A DNA stretch of 63,883 nucleotides, counting the filler, from Choristocarpus tenellus KU-1152 (lineage: Eukaryota > Protista > Phaeophyceae): the NCBI GenBank assembly GCA_964200185.2. It is 11 parts of 11 records of this genome, joined end to end, with 100 filler letters (N's around TTAATTAATTAA, not from the genome) between each part and the next. Parts side by side here need not be neighbours in the genome. Positions count along the whole stretch, not along the records: positions 41,104 to 53,145 come from CAXNAD020002013.1; positions 53,246 to 57,457 come from CAXNAD020015667.1; positions 57,558 to 60,856 come from CAXNAD020020948.1; positions 60,957 to 63,883 come from CAXNAD020023600.1; 7 more parts are not named here. One strand, written 5' to 3'. Position 1 is the stretch's first letter; every line of letters starts with the position of its first letter. The notes under the pieces are model-generated. The model was not told the DNA's origin. It did not search any database and saw nothing but the letters and a program-made list of their open reading frames with translations. Positions 51,567-63,883 of this stretch are shown piece after piece. The position numbers and the translations under genes are program-made.

Positions 51567-52148
51567 CTTGGCTACACGCTTGCCAAGGAACGTATCGATT
51601 GGGTGGGGAAAGTGCCGTTCTTTGGTGTCACCGGTTCCCAGCTGGCCATGGTTGTTTCTCCCAAAGACGTACAGCATGCCGTTTGAACCAATGAGAATGG
51701 TATGGTAGCACCCGGCAGCGATACGACATATCCCCTTGCCTTCAACCCCTGTGATCAGCTGTGCTCCTAAGACTCGTTGTGTTATATGCCCCAAACCCAG
51801 CTGACCGTAGTCATTGCGGCCAAATCCAAACAGGTGTTCCCCAGTCACTAGAACAATTGTATGGTAGTAACCACAGCACAATTCTGTTACCCTTTCACCC
51901 TCCAGTGCTCCATTGACAAGTACCATGTGCTTCTGAGAATTGCTTGACTCGATCCCCAGCTGACCGTAGTCGTTCTTGCCACATGCAAGCATCTTACCTT
52001 CGTGTGTTGCCACTACTGAGTGGTACTGACCACATGCAAGACTTACCACACACCGGTCCTGAAGGCAGTCTAATCTTGTTGGCAGTTTGCGGTCAATAGT
52101 GTCTCCAGTTCCAAGCTGACCAAAGTCATTGCGTCCAAATGTGTAAAC
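51567..52148 (-). CDS. RCC1/LamG giant protein, RCC1-repeat exon
   Basis: Repeated FGRNDxGQLG...CGxYH; 582 nt, phase 0-0. Confidence 0.93.
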
Positions 52149-52823
52149 CTGTTTTAAACAGGCCGAACAAGAGATGGTGGGGATTAATTGTATCTGGTTG
52201 TATCTGGTTGTATCTGATTGTATCTGATTGTATCTAAAGATATGTTGGAGAATCAAGATACCATTGGGCTGGTCAGTTTGTGTGCAAAGCTTTGTCTATT
52301 TCCCGGTTTAATGTTTGCATTAACTAACCAGAACAAGTTCTGCACAAGCACACAGGACTCCCCTTTGAAGGACCTCACCTGTTCAGAATAGGCTTGTTGT
52401 GTCATCTTGGGTTTATTTTGCTTTGAACGCTAGAATGCTTGTCATTATCCGTAGGACAAATGACTACACTGGTCTCGTATTCATTGTACTTGGTACTTTC
52501 ATTACTTTTTCATACAGCTAACATGGGTCCTACGGAGACTTAAGCTCATATTTCCATGACCCCATCAATTGAACCCCTAGTGATGACGTGATGTTGCCTG
52601 CAGAACATCATACCTGAGAGCACTTCTCAGCTGTTTGTCTTCAATTTTCCTAGAAACACGAAGCATTACAGATGCCTATCTCAAGTGTCTATCGGACTTG
52701 TTTGAACCTTTGAGACTTTTCCCTTTCTGTACCGATTACCACTATTTGCCCATGAAGATGAGACAAATCCTTGCAATGAACCTACTCTCACACAGGACAA
52801 AGTGACTCCTAAGCTCCACACAC

Positions 52824-53033
52824 CTCTGAATTTTTGCAGACCACAATGCTGTGATAGTAGCTGCATGTGACCAGATTCACTTGACGCCCATCCAGACCAC
52901 GAACAGGCCTTGGCACAGGCTCACTGTTGGTGCTTCCATGACCGAGTTGTCCACGGTAGTTGTACCCAAAGGAAACAACATGCCCATCCTCAAGAACTGC
53001 CAGAGTGTGCTCACAGCCGTTGTATGCATGCAC
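52824..53033 (-). CDS. RCC1/LamG giant protein, RCC1-repeat exon
   Basis: GCEHT...FGYNYRGQLGHG...CSYYHS. Confidence 0.88.
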
Positions 53034-53245
53034 CTTATCAGCCAGGAGTATTATTGTATTGATGAGTTTGAGGGAGTGTTCTCAGGAGCTGCTTGACCAT
53101 ATTGATAACACATCCATTGCTCAATGTCAACGCTCCTGCGGTACCNNNNNNNNNNNNNNNNNNNNNNNNNNNNNNNNNNNNNNNNNNNNTTAATTAATTA
53201 ANNNNNNNNNNNNNNNNNNNNNNNNNNNNNNNNNNNNNNNNNNNN

Positions 53246-53325
53246 CCTTCCCCCTTTCCTCGTTTTCTTCCAAATGGACCCCGGGGGGTGGGCCCCCCCC
53301 CCCCCCCCCACAGATACTTTGGGTC
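53246..53325. mobile_element. MITE right end (contig edge)
   Basis: CAAATGGAC...C-run...GATACTTTGGGTC. Confidence 0.7.
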
Positions 53326-54029
53326 TGTACTTAGCCAGCAACACACTTGAGAGTACATCATAGTACTTGACTTGCTTCCACCAGCAGTATCAGTGAGATC
53401 TTCTCCTGAGAGGCAGGTTCTTCTGGTCTATCGCATATTGTACGATAGAGTTGGAGTCTTGAACAAAACTAGTGGTGAAATAGTATTTTTTAGATATATC
53501 TGGTTCATCAACAGCCCTTGGTGCAATCAACCTATGTACTCTGATCGGAAAGGGTGAACCGATTGAGCAAGTGGGTACGGTTGGACAGAAACCAGTACAT
53601 ATGACAAACCTCTACCCACACGGTCCTCGAACTACACAAGTGAGGCCAAAACAATATATCCACTGGTTGACTTTGCTTACCTTGGCCATCTTCAGGGCAT
53701 AACCTAGGTCAGACGTTACACCCCTTCTTCAATGAGAGCTCCTGTGGGCTGCAGGAAGGTCAAAACCCCGAACGTCCCCTGGAATGAATCATCACAGAAA
53801 AAGGAGGAAGAGAAGGAAGGTAATGAACAAATGTGAGACACATATTCCACACAGATGGTACTACCCTAAAGGGTATGATGTGCTTATGAAGTACCAAGAA
53901 CCATCCGCGGTGAACTGCTGTAGGCTTCTTACCTTTTTGCTAGAGGCATGAGTCAATGATACTGATATGAGGACCATGGGGAGCTTATTGACTAGCAAAT
54001 ATCATAAGAGAATGACATGCACCAGGAGA

Positions 54030-57000
54030 CTAACACCACCTTGATGACAGCATGATATGCAGACCCCGTTTTGGAAGGGAGAGCAAGGGTTGACACACTT
54101 CCATACATTCTTTGCACTTGGTGCCTGCAAGATACACACATATCTCAATGTTATTCTGTGGGATGAAAGGACGGTCTTGCGCTCCCATACCAAGTCAATA
54201 CTGATATTTTGAGCAACAGACCCAAATAGACCAAACGAAGAAAGTATGGTGACTAGCCTTGGAACAGGTTCCCTAGTCTAGGAATTGAGGATAGTTGCAG
54301 GCCAATACCGGTTTCTAACCTGTGACTCAGACCCATGAACGTCCCCACAAATTCACTCAAGCATCTTGTTGCAGATTCCCCCCGAATTAGAAGGCTAAGA
54401 CGTGCAGATTCGGTTTGTACCTGTTTGGAGCCAGAAAAAGGTGGTGCATGATACAAGGAAGGTAGCATGTTGAGGGCAGGAGGGATCAGCGGGTAATCAA
54501 CCATGGGAGCAATGCAATAAGGTGGCAAACTAAGATAAATCGAATCAGATCATTCATCGTTTTGGTTACTGCACGGTTAATGATGCTTTGTGCCTACCAT
54601 TCTACCTGGAACAACTCTTGAACAGTTGTTCATTTCGCCGTTACTCTCCCCCATAAAGCTCGACTCAAGTATGAATAGTGCATTACACAACACTAGCACA
54701 AGGAAAAGAGGTGATGCATCTCTGCTCTTGTCCCACTGTCTACATTGGGTGTGTTGGAATGACAAATAATTTCAGCATTTAGGCTAGTAGGCACAAACTA
54801 CAAAGTAGAACCTGGGAAAGAAATATCCCCCCGCTGTCATCCTTCTCCATTTCCTTCAATCTTTCCCTTCAAATTAGCATCCAGGAAATCCAACAAGGGT
54901 GGACAAGACACACGGTCATTTCAATATTTCGTCTTTGATGTGGTTGGAGGGGATGATTAGTTCGCTAACAGCAGCATAGAAACTTGTCTCTCCTTGTACT
55001 CCTTTGTCTGGAAAAAATCTATGGGGAAGATGGGAAATCCTGTACATTCCTATGTATACATTCGATCCTACTACACACCAGCTGCTAACCCACATCACCT
55101 TCCCATACTGCAAATGGAATACTCCATCCTACGTCAGAACTATGATATGGTATGTCTTGCCTCATGATGGTGATTTGATTCTGTAGGTCTGTATTTTCTT
55201 CCATGACTGCGGTAAGGCGTCTTCTGGAATCTTCCAGGGAGGCCGTTGTCATTGCAAGGGATTTCTCCTGAGTCGTCAGACAACAGAAGGACAGCACATG
55301 CTGGTTCAGTGTCAAAGTGAAAAGCAGAGATCAAACCTTGGATAGGGCGTGGGTCAACGGAGGTTTCGTCCCAAGCAAAGGGTTGCAAGAGGAAAGCATG
55401 TTCCATCACTGGTCCTCATAAGGCTGTCACCCAGATCTCGGTTGATTGCCCTCTGTTCAGCTGCTCTCTTCAAGACGGTACAAGCATTTCAGGAGCCAGC
55501 CATGTGCAATTGAGGATTGCGATCATAGTTTCGGCTGGTTAGGTCAGGGCTACAAACACTATAAGGATCAGGGTAAGGGCAGGGGGAGATTTAGAGTGGC
55601 TTTGAGTCAATGTAAACGAGAGTTGCATATCAAGGATGCCAACAAATATTTTGCAAAATTCGACTTTTTCTACAAATGCGAGTAGGTTATTTCCTTAATT
55701 CTGTTGGAAATACTCATTTTAGAGAACACTCAAACGTTAGAGAAATAAACGCTCTCGAGTCCATCGTATCACTTCATCTCTAGAATATGTGTGAAATTAC
55801 AAAAGACTGAATAGCTGGCTCAAACTACAGACAGTCAAAACTTGGACCACCTCTCATTAACTTCAACTCTTCGACTCCTCACTAAATTCAGGGTCAAGAG
55901 TATAAGGAAAGAATGCTCATGCCCTGCGACCCTATCAGCAATGAGACCAGGGTCATCAACAAACAGAAGGGTATACCGTCTAGTAAAGATAATTATAGGG
56001 TCATTGTTTGGGCACTTGTGGAGGAAGGAAATACCTAGAAGTTCTGACAATTGGGGGAGTGGAAGAGAATCAAAACCACCTTCTGCTCCTGCTCCCGGTT
56101 TTCATTTACCAGCGAAGTGGCTCTGACCATATTGTCCTGGTTGCTATGAAGCTGCACTGCAAGGACCTTTGCAGTCTTCCTAAACTAAGGGGATGGTCGT
56201 GACAGAAGTCACCTCAGGGCAGTCAGCTCGGAGGCAAGAGGTACAGGTGAAGGCGGCAGTGCTTGCACAATATTGGCAAGGGTAGTATTGCACATCATGT
56301 CACAGTATCAACAAGAAGACCATACCTTGCTTCTGATAAGTGAATATACCCGCATTTCAAAGATGTGTTACAGGAGAAGGTTCTATATGGTAGTTTCATA
56401 AGCGCCTGAATGAACTTGATGTATAAGATATAGTGCGTTGGAATGGTTGACTTCATATTATTGTTTGTACTTTACTCGATTTCTCAGTCATTCAAGTCCC
56501 TCTTGATCATGAGGAGTATCAGTCTAATGATACTAGTCAAACTAAAACACAAAAATTAAAGTCAAATGAGTGATACAGAAATTTATTACTGAAAAGGCGC
56601 CGTCTGCCACCTGCGTTATTAAGCTGTGGCCACATCAATCTGATTAAGTTAAGTAAGCATAACTTGGCCTCTGGAACAGATATAGAGGCAGATAGAGGGT
56701 TGAGGTATGGACCTTTACCGAGCAGTTGGGGGATATTTGTATAATTTCGCATACTTTCTTGTGTTATTGGTATTGCGTTACCAAGCATATTCTAGAATGA
56801 TTGCTGTATTTTGTAATATTTTCCACAAGTAAGCGAGTGAATATATCAACTTATCACATGCCCATGAGCTGATTCATCCTTACAAATCTTCAATTCAAAT
56901 ATATTATATAACGACCGTAGCTTAGGGATCGATAGCTTAAGTATCGATGATATATTTCTGAACAATTGATGATATCTAGTCCATTGCCGTTCAACGAATG

Positions 57001-57110
57001 TGCATGTTAGTACCCCCCTCGAAAAATACGAAACATGCTTTTTGAGCACATACATACTGAGACCTGCAATTCTTGAGATAATCAGCTAATCAGCTTGGGC
57101 CATAGACCAT
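54030..57110 (-). mobile_element. Highly degenerate Copia LTR retrotransposon
   Basis: PBS-like GGTCTATGGGCCCAAG near 57100, RRYTLLFVDD (integrase), EFVGTFMGLS (RT end) and an RNase H-like H.D motif near 54150; LTRs not delimited. Confidence 0.5.
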
Positions 57111-57664
57111 TGAAGCCACTTCTACACCAAGCTATCAAGGTGCGTTATATGCAAGTGCTGGGACTGAAACACGAACGTCTACCATAACATGGAGTTGTTG
57201 TTTTCTCATGAAAGAAGGGTAGGGGCTTTGATATTTCCTCACCAAAAAGATTTTTGCTGGGTCATGTTGTTTTTTTCTTTTCACATCGCCATGCAATGGA
57301 TCACATACTGATGCAACCCCCCAAAAAATCGTAAGTCATACTTTTGATACCATACTAATTTGTACACATCTTCAGATTATCACTTTGGCTTGCACCATTG
57401 AGATTTAAACCTACTACTACTGTTACAGGCGCCCCTCAATGCCCACCTTTCCAGGATNNNNNNNNNNNNNNNNNNNNNNNNNNNNNNNNNNNNNNNNNNN
57501 NTTAATTAATTAANNNNNNNNNNNNNNNNNNNNNNNNNNNNNNNNNNNNNNNNNNNNCTCACCCTCTCACAAAAAAAAAAAAACAAAACCAAACCAAACG
57601 ATCCCCTTTTCACCAACCCCCCCCCCCCCCCCCCCCCCCCCCCCACCCCCACAAAAATTCTCAC

Positions 57665-57802
57665 ATCCCGTTCCAACTTTGTCAGTTGTCTCACACCCTC
57701 CAGTGAGTGTCGCTGAGAAAAACTCCCTGGATCTCTAGCGATCTGTCTCAAAAGTGAGACACGTGCTGATCCATCATTCACCCTCTTGGTGAGGTGTGAA
57801 AT
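57665..57802 (-). CDS. Putative exon of an unidentified gene
   Basis: T-rich tract plus cag acceptor, gtgaga donor, 138 nt ISHLTKRVNDG...KLERD. Confidence 0.55.
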
Positions 57803-59534
57803 CTGAACAATAAAATAAAATAAAATAAAATAAAAGAATAAGTAATGCTTCCATTTCAATCAGGTACAAAAACAACAACAATAATAATATATATTGTGGT
57901 AATGATCAGTGGTGCAGTGTTGCATTGTGGGTTTTGTACGGCTGTTGTTGGCGTTGTTGATTCTTTTGTCCGATCTGACTCCGCGTAGGGTCTCACTCTC
58001 CCGATAAGAGAGAGGTAAATATCAATTATACTACAATCTAAAGGTGAGAACCATTTCAACACTAATTTAATACTTTAGGAAGAGAATATTAACACTATTT
58101 TAATGGTTTTTAAGGTTGAAGACAAAACCACTAATACCGTTATTAACAAAATGAAGATACACAGCACTATAATCAAGATAAAAATAGTAATACCACTCAT
58201 TAGTATATAAACTATCAATACTACAATCAAGATAAAATAGTAATACCACTGATCACTATATAAACTATCAATACCACAATCAAAAGATAAAAATAGTAAT
58301 ACCCCAATCAAAACAAAGCACACGCCACGAGCCCGCCAAGGAGAGCAGACCAACCCTAACCCTAACCCTACAATGTCCACAGTATTGTAATAGTTCATTC
58401 CTACTTGGAATACTATTTGATAGTTTATATATTATTTGGCCCTCTCCCTTTCCACCTCCAGTACCATCCAATGGAAAAGTAGGGTCAACTTTCTTTCTTT
58501 TTTTTTTTAAACACAAAATTGGTTCCTATTCGGAAACCAGAAAAAAAAAACAAAAAATTGTACAATACCCCTCACCGGTCTGTTCTTACAAAAACACAAA
58601 ATTGTACAGTATACATCATTCCAACACCATATTATTAGAAAATAAATAAATAATATACTTTGCGAAGTTACTGCAAGAAATGAATAATATATTTTGTAAA
58701 GTGACTCTTTGATGCTACTGCCATTGAAGTTTCAAACTGGAAGGGCAAGAAAAAGACTCAATGCCCATATATATTACACAGCACTTGTTGAAGTTGAGAT
58801 CGATGTTAGCTATTGGAAAGAAATGCCTTGCATATACTACAAGTACAACAGATATGGCCTACATTTAATGTTAGGGAGGATAGGATTGGTTTTGTTGTTA
58901 GAAACACCTGGCATATACTACAAGTACAACTTATTAAGTCTACATTTCATGCTAGGGATGGGATTGATTTCTATGAAAAAATTTCCAGACTTATGCTACA
59001 AGTATTACTAATGGTATTGATCAGTGGAATTTAGTGCATAGAATTTCAATAGGGTTAGGGTAAGGGTATGTACAGATCCAACCAGCATTCCCAGAAAACA
59101 ATTTCATATGTCATATGTATGATGTCACCTGTGTAAGCATTATCGTACGACCTCATCATCATCATTTTTCTATTATTCCTTAAATTAAAAAAAAAAATTC
59201 TTACACAAATTTGCCGCCCTGCTACAACAATCATTCTTACAACAATCATTCTTACAATTGCCACTATTTTTTGTTGGAGTAGATACCACAGAAGTATACA
59301 CTTAATCTATTTCATAATCTATTCATAATCCATTCATAATCTATTTCATAATCCATTCATAATCTATTCATAATCTTGTAGTACACTTAAACGCTTGTAT
59401 CACCTGTCGCTAGTGGGGTATCAACTACTAGATACAATCTAAATTATAAACTAAATTATACCTCTAAATTAGATTATATCACTCTGTTAAGGCGTTAGGA
59501 TTAGGGTTATGTACATTGGGAAGCAAAAGGCATG

Positions 59535-59722
59535 ACTACAATAATAATAACAATAATAATAGTAATAATAATAACAATAGTAATAATAATAACAATAATA
59601 ATAGTAATAATAATAACAATAGTAATAATAATAACAATAATAATAGTAATAATAATAGTAATAATAATAATAATAACAATAGTAATAATAATAATACTAA
59701 TAACAATAATAATAATAATAAA
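59535..59722. repeat. (AAT/AAC/AGT)n microsatellite
   Basis: Read directly. Confidence 0.95.
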
Positions 59723-60438
59723 AGCGTAGAACTTCTCGCTTGGAGGTACATGGTTTGTGTACATGGTTTGTTTCTCCCTTGCCTTCATCCCACAAACCCC
59801 TCAATCCACTTTCTGTTCACAATTCAATTCCAAAGTGAAAAAAAAAAAAGAATTGTGGTGTTGAACAATGCATGAAAAAAAAACAACAATGCCCCACCCC
59901 ACCAACCCGCCTGCACATCAATGCATGAAAAAAAAAGAGATTTTTTTTTCTAAAATTGGGGAAGGCGTCGTGTGTGTGTGAGTGTGTATGAATATACACC
60001 CGTCCAGAATAGTGGGGTCTTAATTTGAAGGGGCCATCCCTACCTGGTCTTGAATCACAAAGGGGTTCTATCAAGGGTTCAACAGAGACAAAAAGGGGGT
60101 GTACCTCTTAGAGTCATACACAGCAATGGGTATACCCTCTTTAAGAGGTACAATGTCACACACAAGTCGCTCGGTAGTTATAAAAATAATATATAATAAT
60201 AGGAAAGTATTATTTTCTAGTTAATTCAATAGCATTTTGTTTTCCCTTGGTAACGACAAGAAAGGGTACAATGACAGGAAAGAGGTATAAGGAAAGAGGT
60301 AAATCTCTTTCCGTCTCGTTCCTCTCTTGCAAACTTCATTCGCCTTTGGAATAATGACAAGAAAGGGTAAAGTACAATGACAAGAAAGAGGTGTACCCCC
60401 TTCTTTCATGTGTCCAATAATAAAAAGATATTCATGTG

Positions 60439-60476
<38 letters not shown>

Positions 60477-61605
60477 GAAAGATCCTGTTGGGTTATGGTT
60501 AGCGTTAGGGTTACGTCACCTTGGTGTGCATAATGAATGTGACAATAAACAAATTTTTAATTAAGAAAGAAATTAATATATTCTCAGAAATTTCACGTGT
60601 ATGTATGTATGTATCGGAAGGGTTTTTTTTTCAAAAATAAATAAATAAACACTTCGATCTAAACAAAAACAAAAAAATACCATCACACAACACACAACAC
60701 ACAACATCACCACAGTAGTACCATCATCAAAAAAAGAAAAAGTGTTGTCTTAACAACAACAACAATAATAATAATAATATTAATAATACAAAACAGTAGA
60801 GTAAAATAATACACTACAAAATAGCCCCCCCCCCCCCACACACACACAACATACAGNNNNNNNNNNNNNNNNNNNNNNNNNNNNNNNNNNNNNNNNNNNN
60901 TTAATTAATTAANNNNNNNNNNNNNNNNNNNNNNNNNNNNNNNNNNNNNNNNNNNNAAAAAAAAAAAAAAAAAAAAAAAAGTCTTGGAAATTTCGTTAAC
61001 AAATTATGTTGAATCCAAAATATATATTTTTTAATCGACATGAGAAATCGGTCTGTTGCAGATCCGACCATTCCCAAACCTTTTTTTTTTCTTTCGTGCG
61101 TGCGTGTGTGTGCACATTCTCTGCTCGCAGATCCCACGCAGAACGCATGTTTCAATGCTACACGCTTGAGAGCCGACTCTTCTTTCTTTTCAAAGCATTT
61201 CGAGCACGAATTCGTTTGCGTTGAGATTTTTTTTTATTTCACAACTCTCTACACAAGTTTTTTTTTTGTCCAAATCTCATTTGTGTTTTTTTTTTATTGA
61301 AGAGAGATTCTTTCGTCCTGAAAAAAATGAAAATTACAACATACGGCAACTCCTGGACCCTATAGAGGTCACAGATTGTTGCCCCTTTCTTTGGAGGAGG
61401 CAGAAGAAGGGTTCCTTCCAATGTTGTGTTTGAAAAAAGTAGATTCAGAATTTTTTTGTTTTGGCAGAAGAACAGTTGTAATGTTGTGTTTTGAAAAAAG
61501 TTGATTAAGAAATTTGTTGTTGTTTTTTGCGGGGGGGGTCTCGCGGAGGCAGTGATACCCGATACCCAACGTGATTGGTTCGTTTTCACTCTCTTATTGT
61601 TTTCA

Positions 61606-62503
61606 GTCAAGCACGCCTTCCTACTTGAACTGCAACAGGGTGATGCTTGAGGGAGATTTAATTGAAGGAGAGGATTTTGCCGCAGGAAGGAACAATCAAA
61701 ATGAAGAACATGGAACCATTGACAACCAGAACAAGTGTCCGCGTAGGGCTCAGGGAGGGGAATGGGACCGGGACCGGGACCGAGACCAGGACCAGGACCA
61801 GGACCAGGACCGGCATTACAGTAAGGAGGGGGTGGTGGGGGGAGAAGGAGGAAGAGACAACATTGCAAGGAGTACCACTGGAGAAGGGGTGCTCAGAAGA
61901 TCCAGGGTTCACCAAGAGCAACAACCTAGTGGGAGGGGGAGTGGTATTCTCAGGGAGGATGGAAGAGAAGAACAAGTGCGTGTGGAAATGGAGGCCCTTG
62001 GTGGGGGTCAAAGAGAACATAGGGACGCGCCAGGTCAAACTGTGGAATGCATTACCCCAACTTATGTTGGCAAGTTTCCAGGCAGGATGGGTCTCAAGAG
62101 GAGGGGGGGCAGGGGGGGCGGAAAGGAGAAAGAGAGTGAGATGATGTCTTCATTTGGAAGGGTTTCCTGCATGAGACGGCGTATGTTTGAGCTTTGCCTG
62201 GCTCTGAGGAGAGGATGGGAAGGGCATGATTGTCGGTGGTGGGACAATGGTGGTGATGATGGTGATGATGATGATGATGATGATGCAGGACTGCTTGTGC
62301 ATTCACGACAGGGGTCAGAGCACCACCATCGGATAGGATGTGGAGGTTCAGAGAGGATGGAGAAGGAGGGAGAGGAAGTGGCTCAGGAATCGTCACTGCT
62401 GAACTATTCTGGTAGTGCTGGCGATGGCAACTCCTCCTGCTGGGTGGTGAGGGAGTTCCGACGAGTGGGCGTGTTTGTGGTGCCGGTGGAAGTGATCTGC
62501 AAG
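61606..62503 (+). CDS. Putative low-complexity exon of an unidentified gene
   Basis: Purine-rich ORF in AT-rich surroundings, gtgaaa donor in phase 0; 5' boundary uncertain. Confidence 0.55.
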
Positions 62504-62710
62504 GTGAAAAATAAATAAATAAACTCGCTCGGATTGAAAACAGTAGTGAAACGGTAAATGCGTTGGGAAAGGGAGGGATCACTTGTGTGAAAAAGAAAAC
62601 AGTTGTTTCCTCTTGTGATGCCTGCCATGTTACTATTAACACTGAGGGTTAGGGAAGGGTGAATTCTGCAAGACCTTTTTTGAAAATATAATATTTTTTC
62701 GGTAGCCTCT

Positions 62711-62972
62711 GAGTGGAAGTATCTTAGAGGGTACAAGTTTTGCCATGTTTGTCCATTTAGGGCTTGGCTTCCTGTGGGGTTTTTTTATGACATTTTTTCC
62801 ACTCCAAAAATGTTTCAGAGTAGGTAAAATGTATACGTTATGAAAAGGTGCGTCCAGAACGAGGATACTGACACTTCCTAACAAGCACGATAGCCAAAAT
62901 TACATCAAAATCGCAACATTGGATTTTGGCCCCCAAATGGACGCGGCCCTACCCTCTAAGATACTTTGACTC
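62711..62972. mobile_element. MITE family A (probably intronic)
   Basis: Family TIRs; flanks CTCT/TCTA (imperfect TSD). Confidence 0.9.
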
Positions 62973-63567
62973 TCTATATCGAGTGAAGCAGGTGCCCCAA
63001 TCTGACAGTGGAGTAATAAATTAGCATTACTGACAGTGGAGTCTTAGAATTCCCTGTCCACCTGTCTACTGAGTGTCTCAATTTGCTCCACCATTTGTTT
63101 CATTTTCTAATAGCACCTTCTGAATGGACTTAACCTATGGAACAACTCAGAATAACAAGTTGAGAGTAACGCGTTAGGCTTGAAATGTCAATTGTCTCCA
63201 AGCACTGCGCACGCCTCTTGTGAGGATTGGAATTATTAAATCGACAGTCGTTTTAGTTCCTAACCCTAAACCTAAGCATCAAATTAAGTCAGCCGAAGGT
63301 CTTTTGATGCTCCCCGGAAGGCTAACGATGATGATCGACTAGGTGGAGGCAAGCCAAGTGCCGATCACTTGCAACAACAACAAAGAATAATAATAACTAC
63401 GTCCATACGCACGAGTATATGGTCAACTAAGTAGCTAAAAATTCGGTTTCAATATCTCAATTGAGTTGTACAATTCACAACCCTGAAGTTGGGCGTTGTG
63501 GACCGAAATGATGCCCACATTCATTGATTAGTTGATTGATTAGCCAATCACACACACACACACTTTT

Positions 63568-63611
<44 letters not shown>

Positions 63612-63661
63612 TCTCTCTCTCTGCAACGGGTTTGGGTGGCATACTTTTGTATATTTTGCAG

Positions 63662-63781
63662 ATACCTCCTCCCTTGGTGCTCCCTCCTAGGGGGAAGGAC
63701 TGGGATGGGCGCTGGAAATTATGCCTGAAAACCCTTGGACTCAACGATCGACAAGGAAGACTCACAGCATTGGCCCAGGAG
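63662..63781 (+). CDS. Putative next exon of the same gene
   Basis: ttttgcag acceptor, 120 nt, phase 0-0, IPPPLVLPPRGKDWDGRWKLCLKTLG. Confidence 0.55.
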
Positions 63782-63883
63782 GTAGTACCTGTATCTCCAT
63801 CGGGGGGGGGGGGCGAGCATTTTTAATTTTCTTTCTAAATTCCATCTTCATCTACTGCCCTCATGAAATGTAGACCAAGGTAC

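Noticed and set aside
58350-58372. Telomere
   Set aside because: Only three internal units, not at a contig end.
59507-59875. Poly-N/I/L ORFs
   Set aside because: Translations of an AAT microsatellite.
8997-60956. Recurring TTAATTAATTAA palindrome as a biological motif, and ORFs running into N blocks
   Set aside because: Always centred in identical N padding, so it is a synthetic contig linker.

Overview
Fragmented eukaryotic genomic DNA, most likely a brown alga or close stramenopile relative (inferred from GT-AG intron-rich genes, the TE repertoire and TTAGGG units). It is made of 11 short contigs joined by artificial 100-bp N44-TTAATTAATTAA-N44 linkers, so adjacency across linkers is meaningless. 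Host genes recovered as phase-compatible exons: a ferric reductase/NADPH-oxidase-like gene, a Vac8-like armadillo-repeat gene, a membrane-anchored possible prolyl 4-hydroxylase, a very large RCC1-repeat plus LamG-like protein, and a few unidentified exons. There are two tandem tRNA-His(GTG) genes. The rest is mostly TE debris: RTE and CRE-like LINEs, Copia/Gypsy fragments, mariner pseudogenes, and several MITE families that share a G(R)NNNAAAGTAT terminus and 4-bp TSDs. The most unusual locus is the CpG-rich contig 9097-11638. There an intron-containing ParB/Srx-fold gene and a Sola-like transposase exon point away from each other across a tandem array carrying four copies of a near-palindromic motif. 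This is a candidate eukaryotic transposon with its own ParB/parS-like module; that reading is a hypothesis and is untested.
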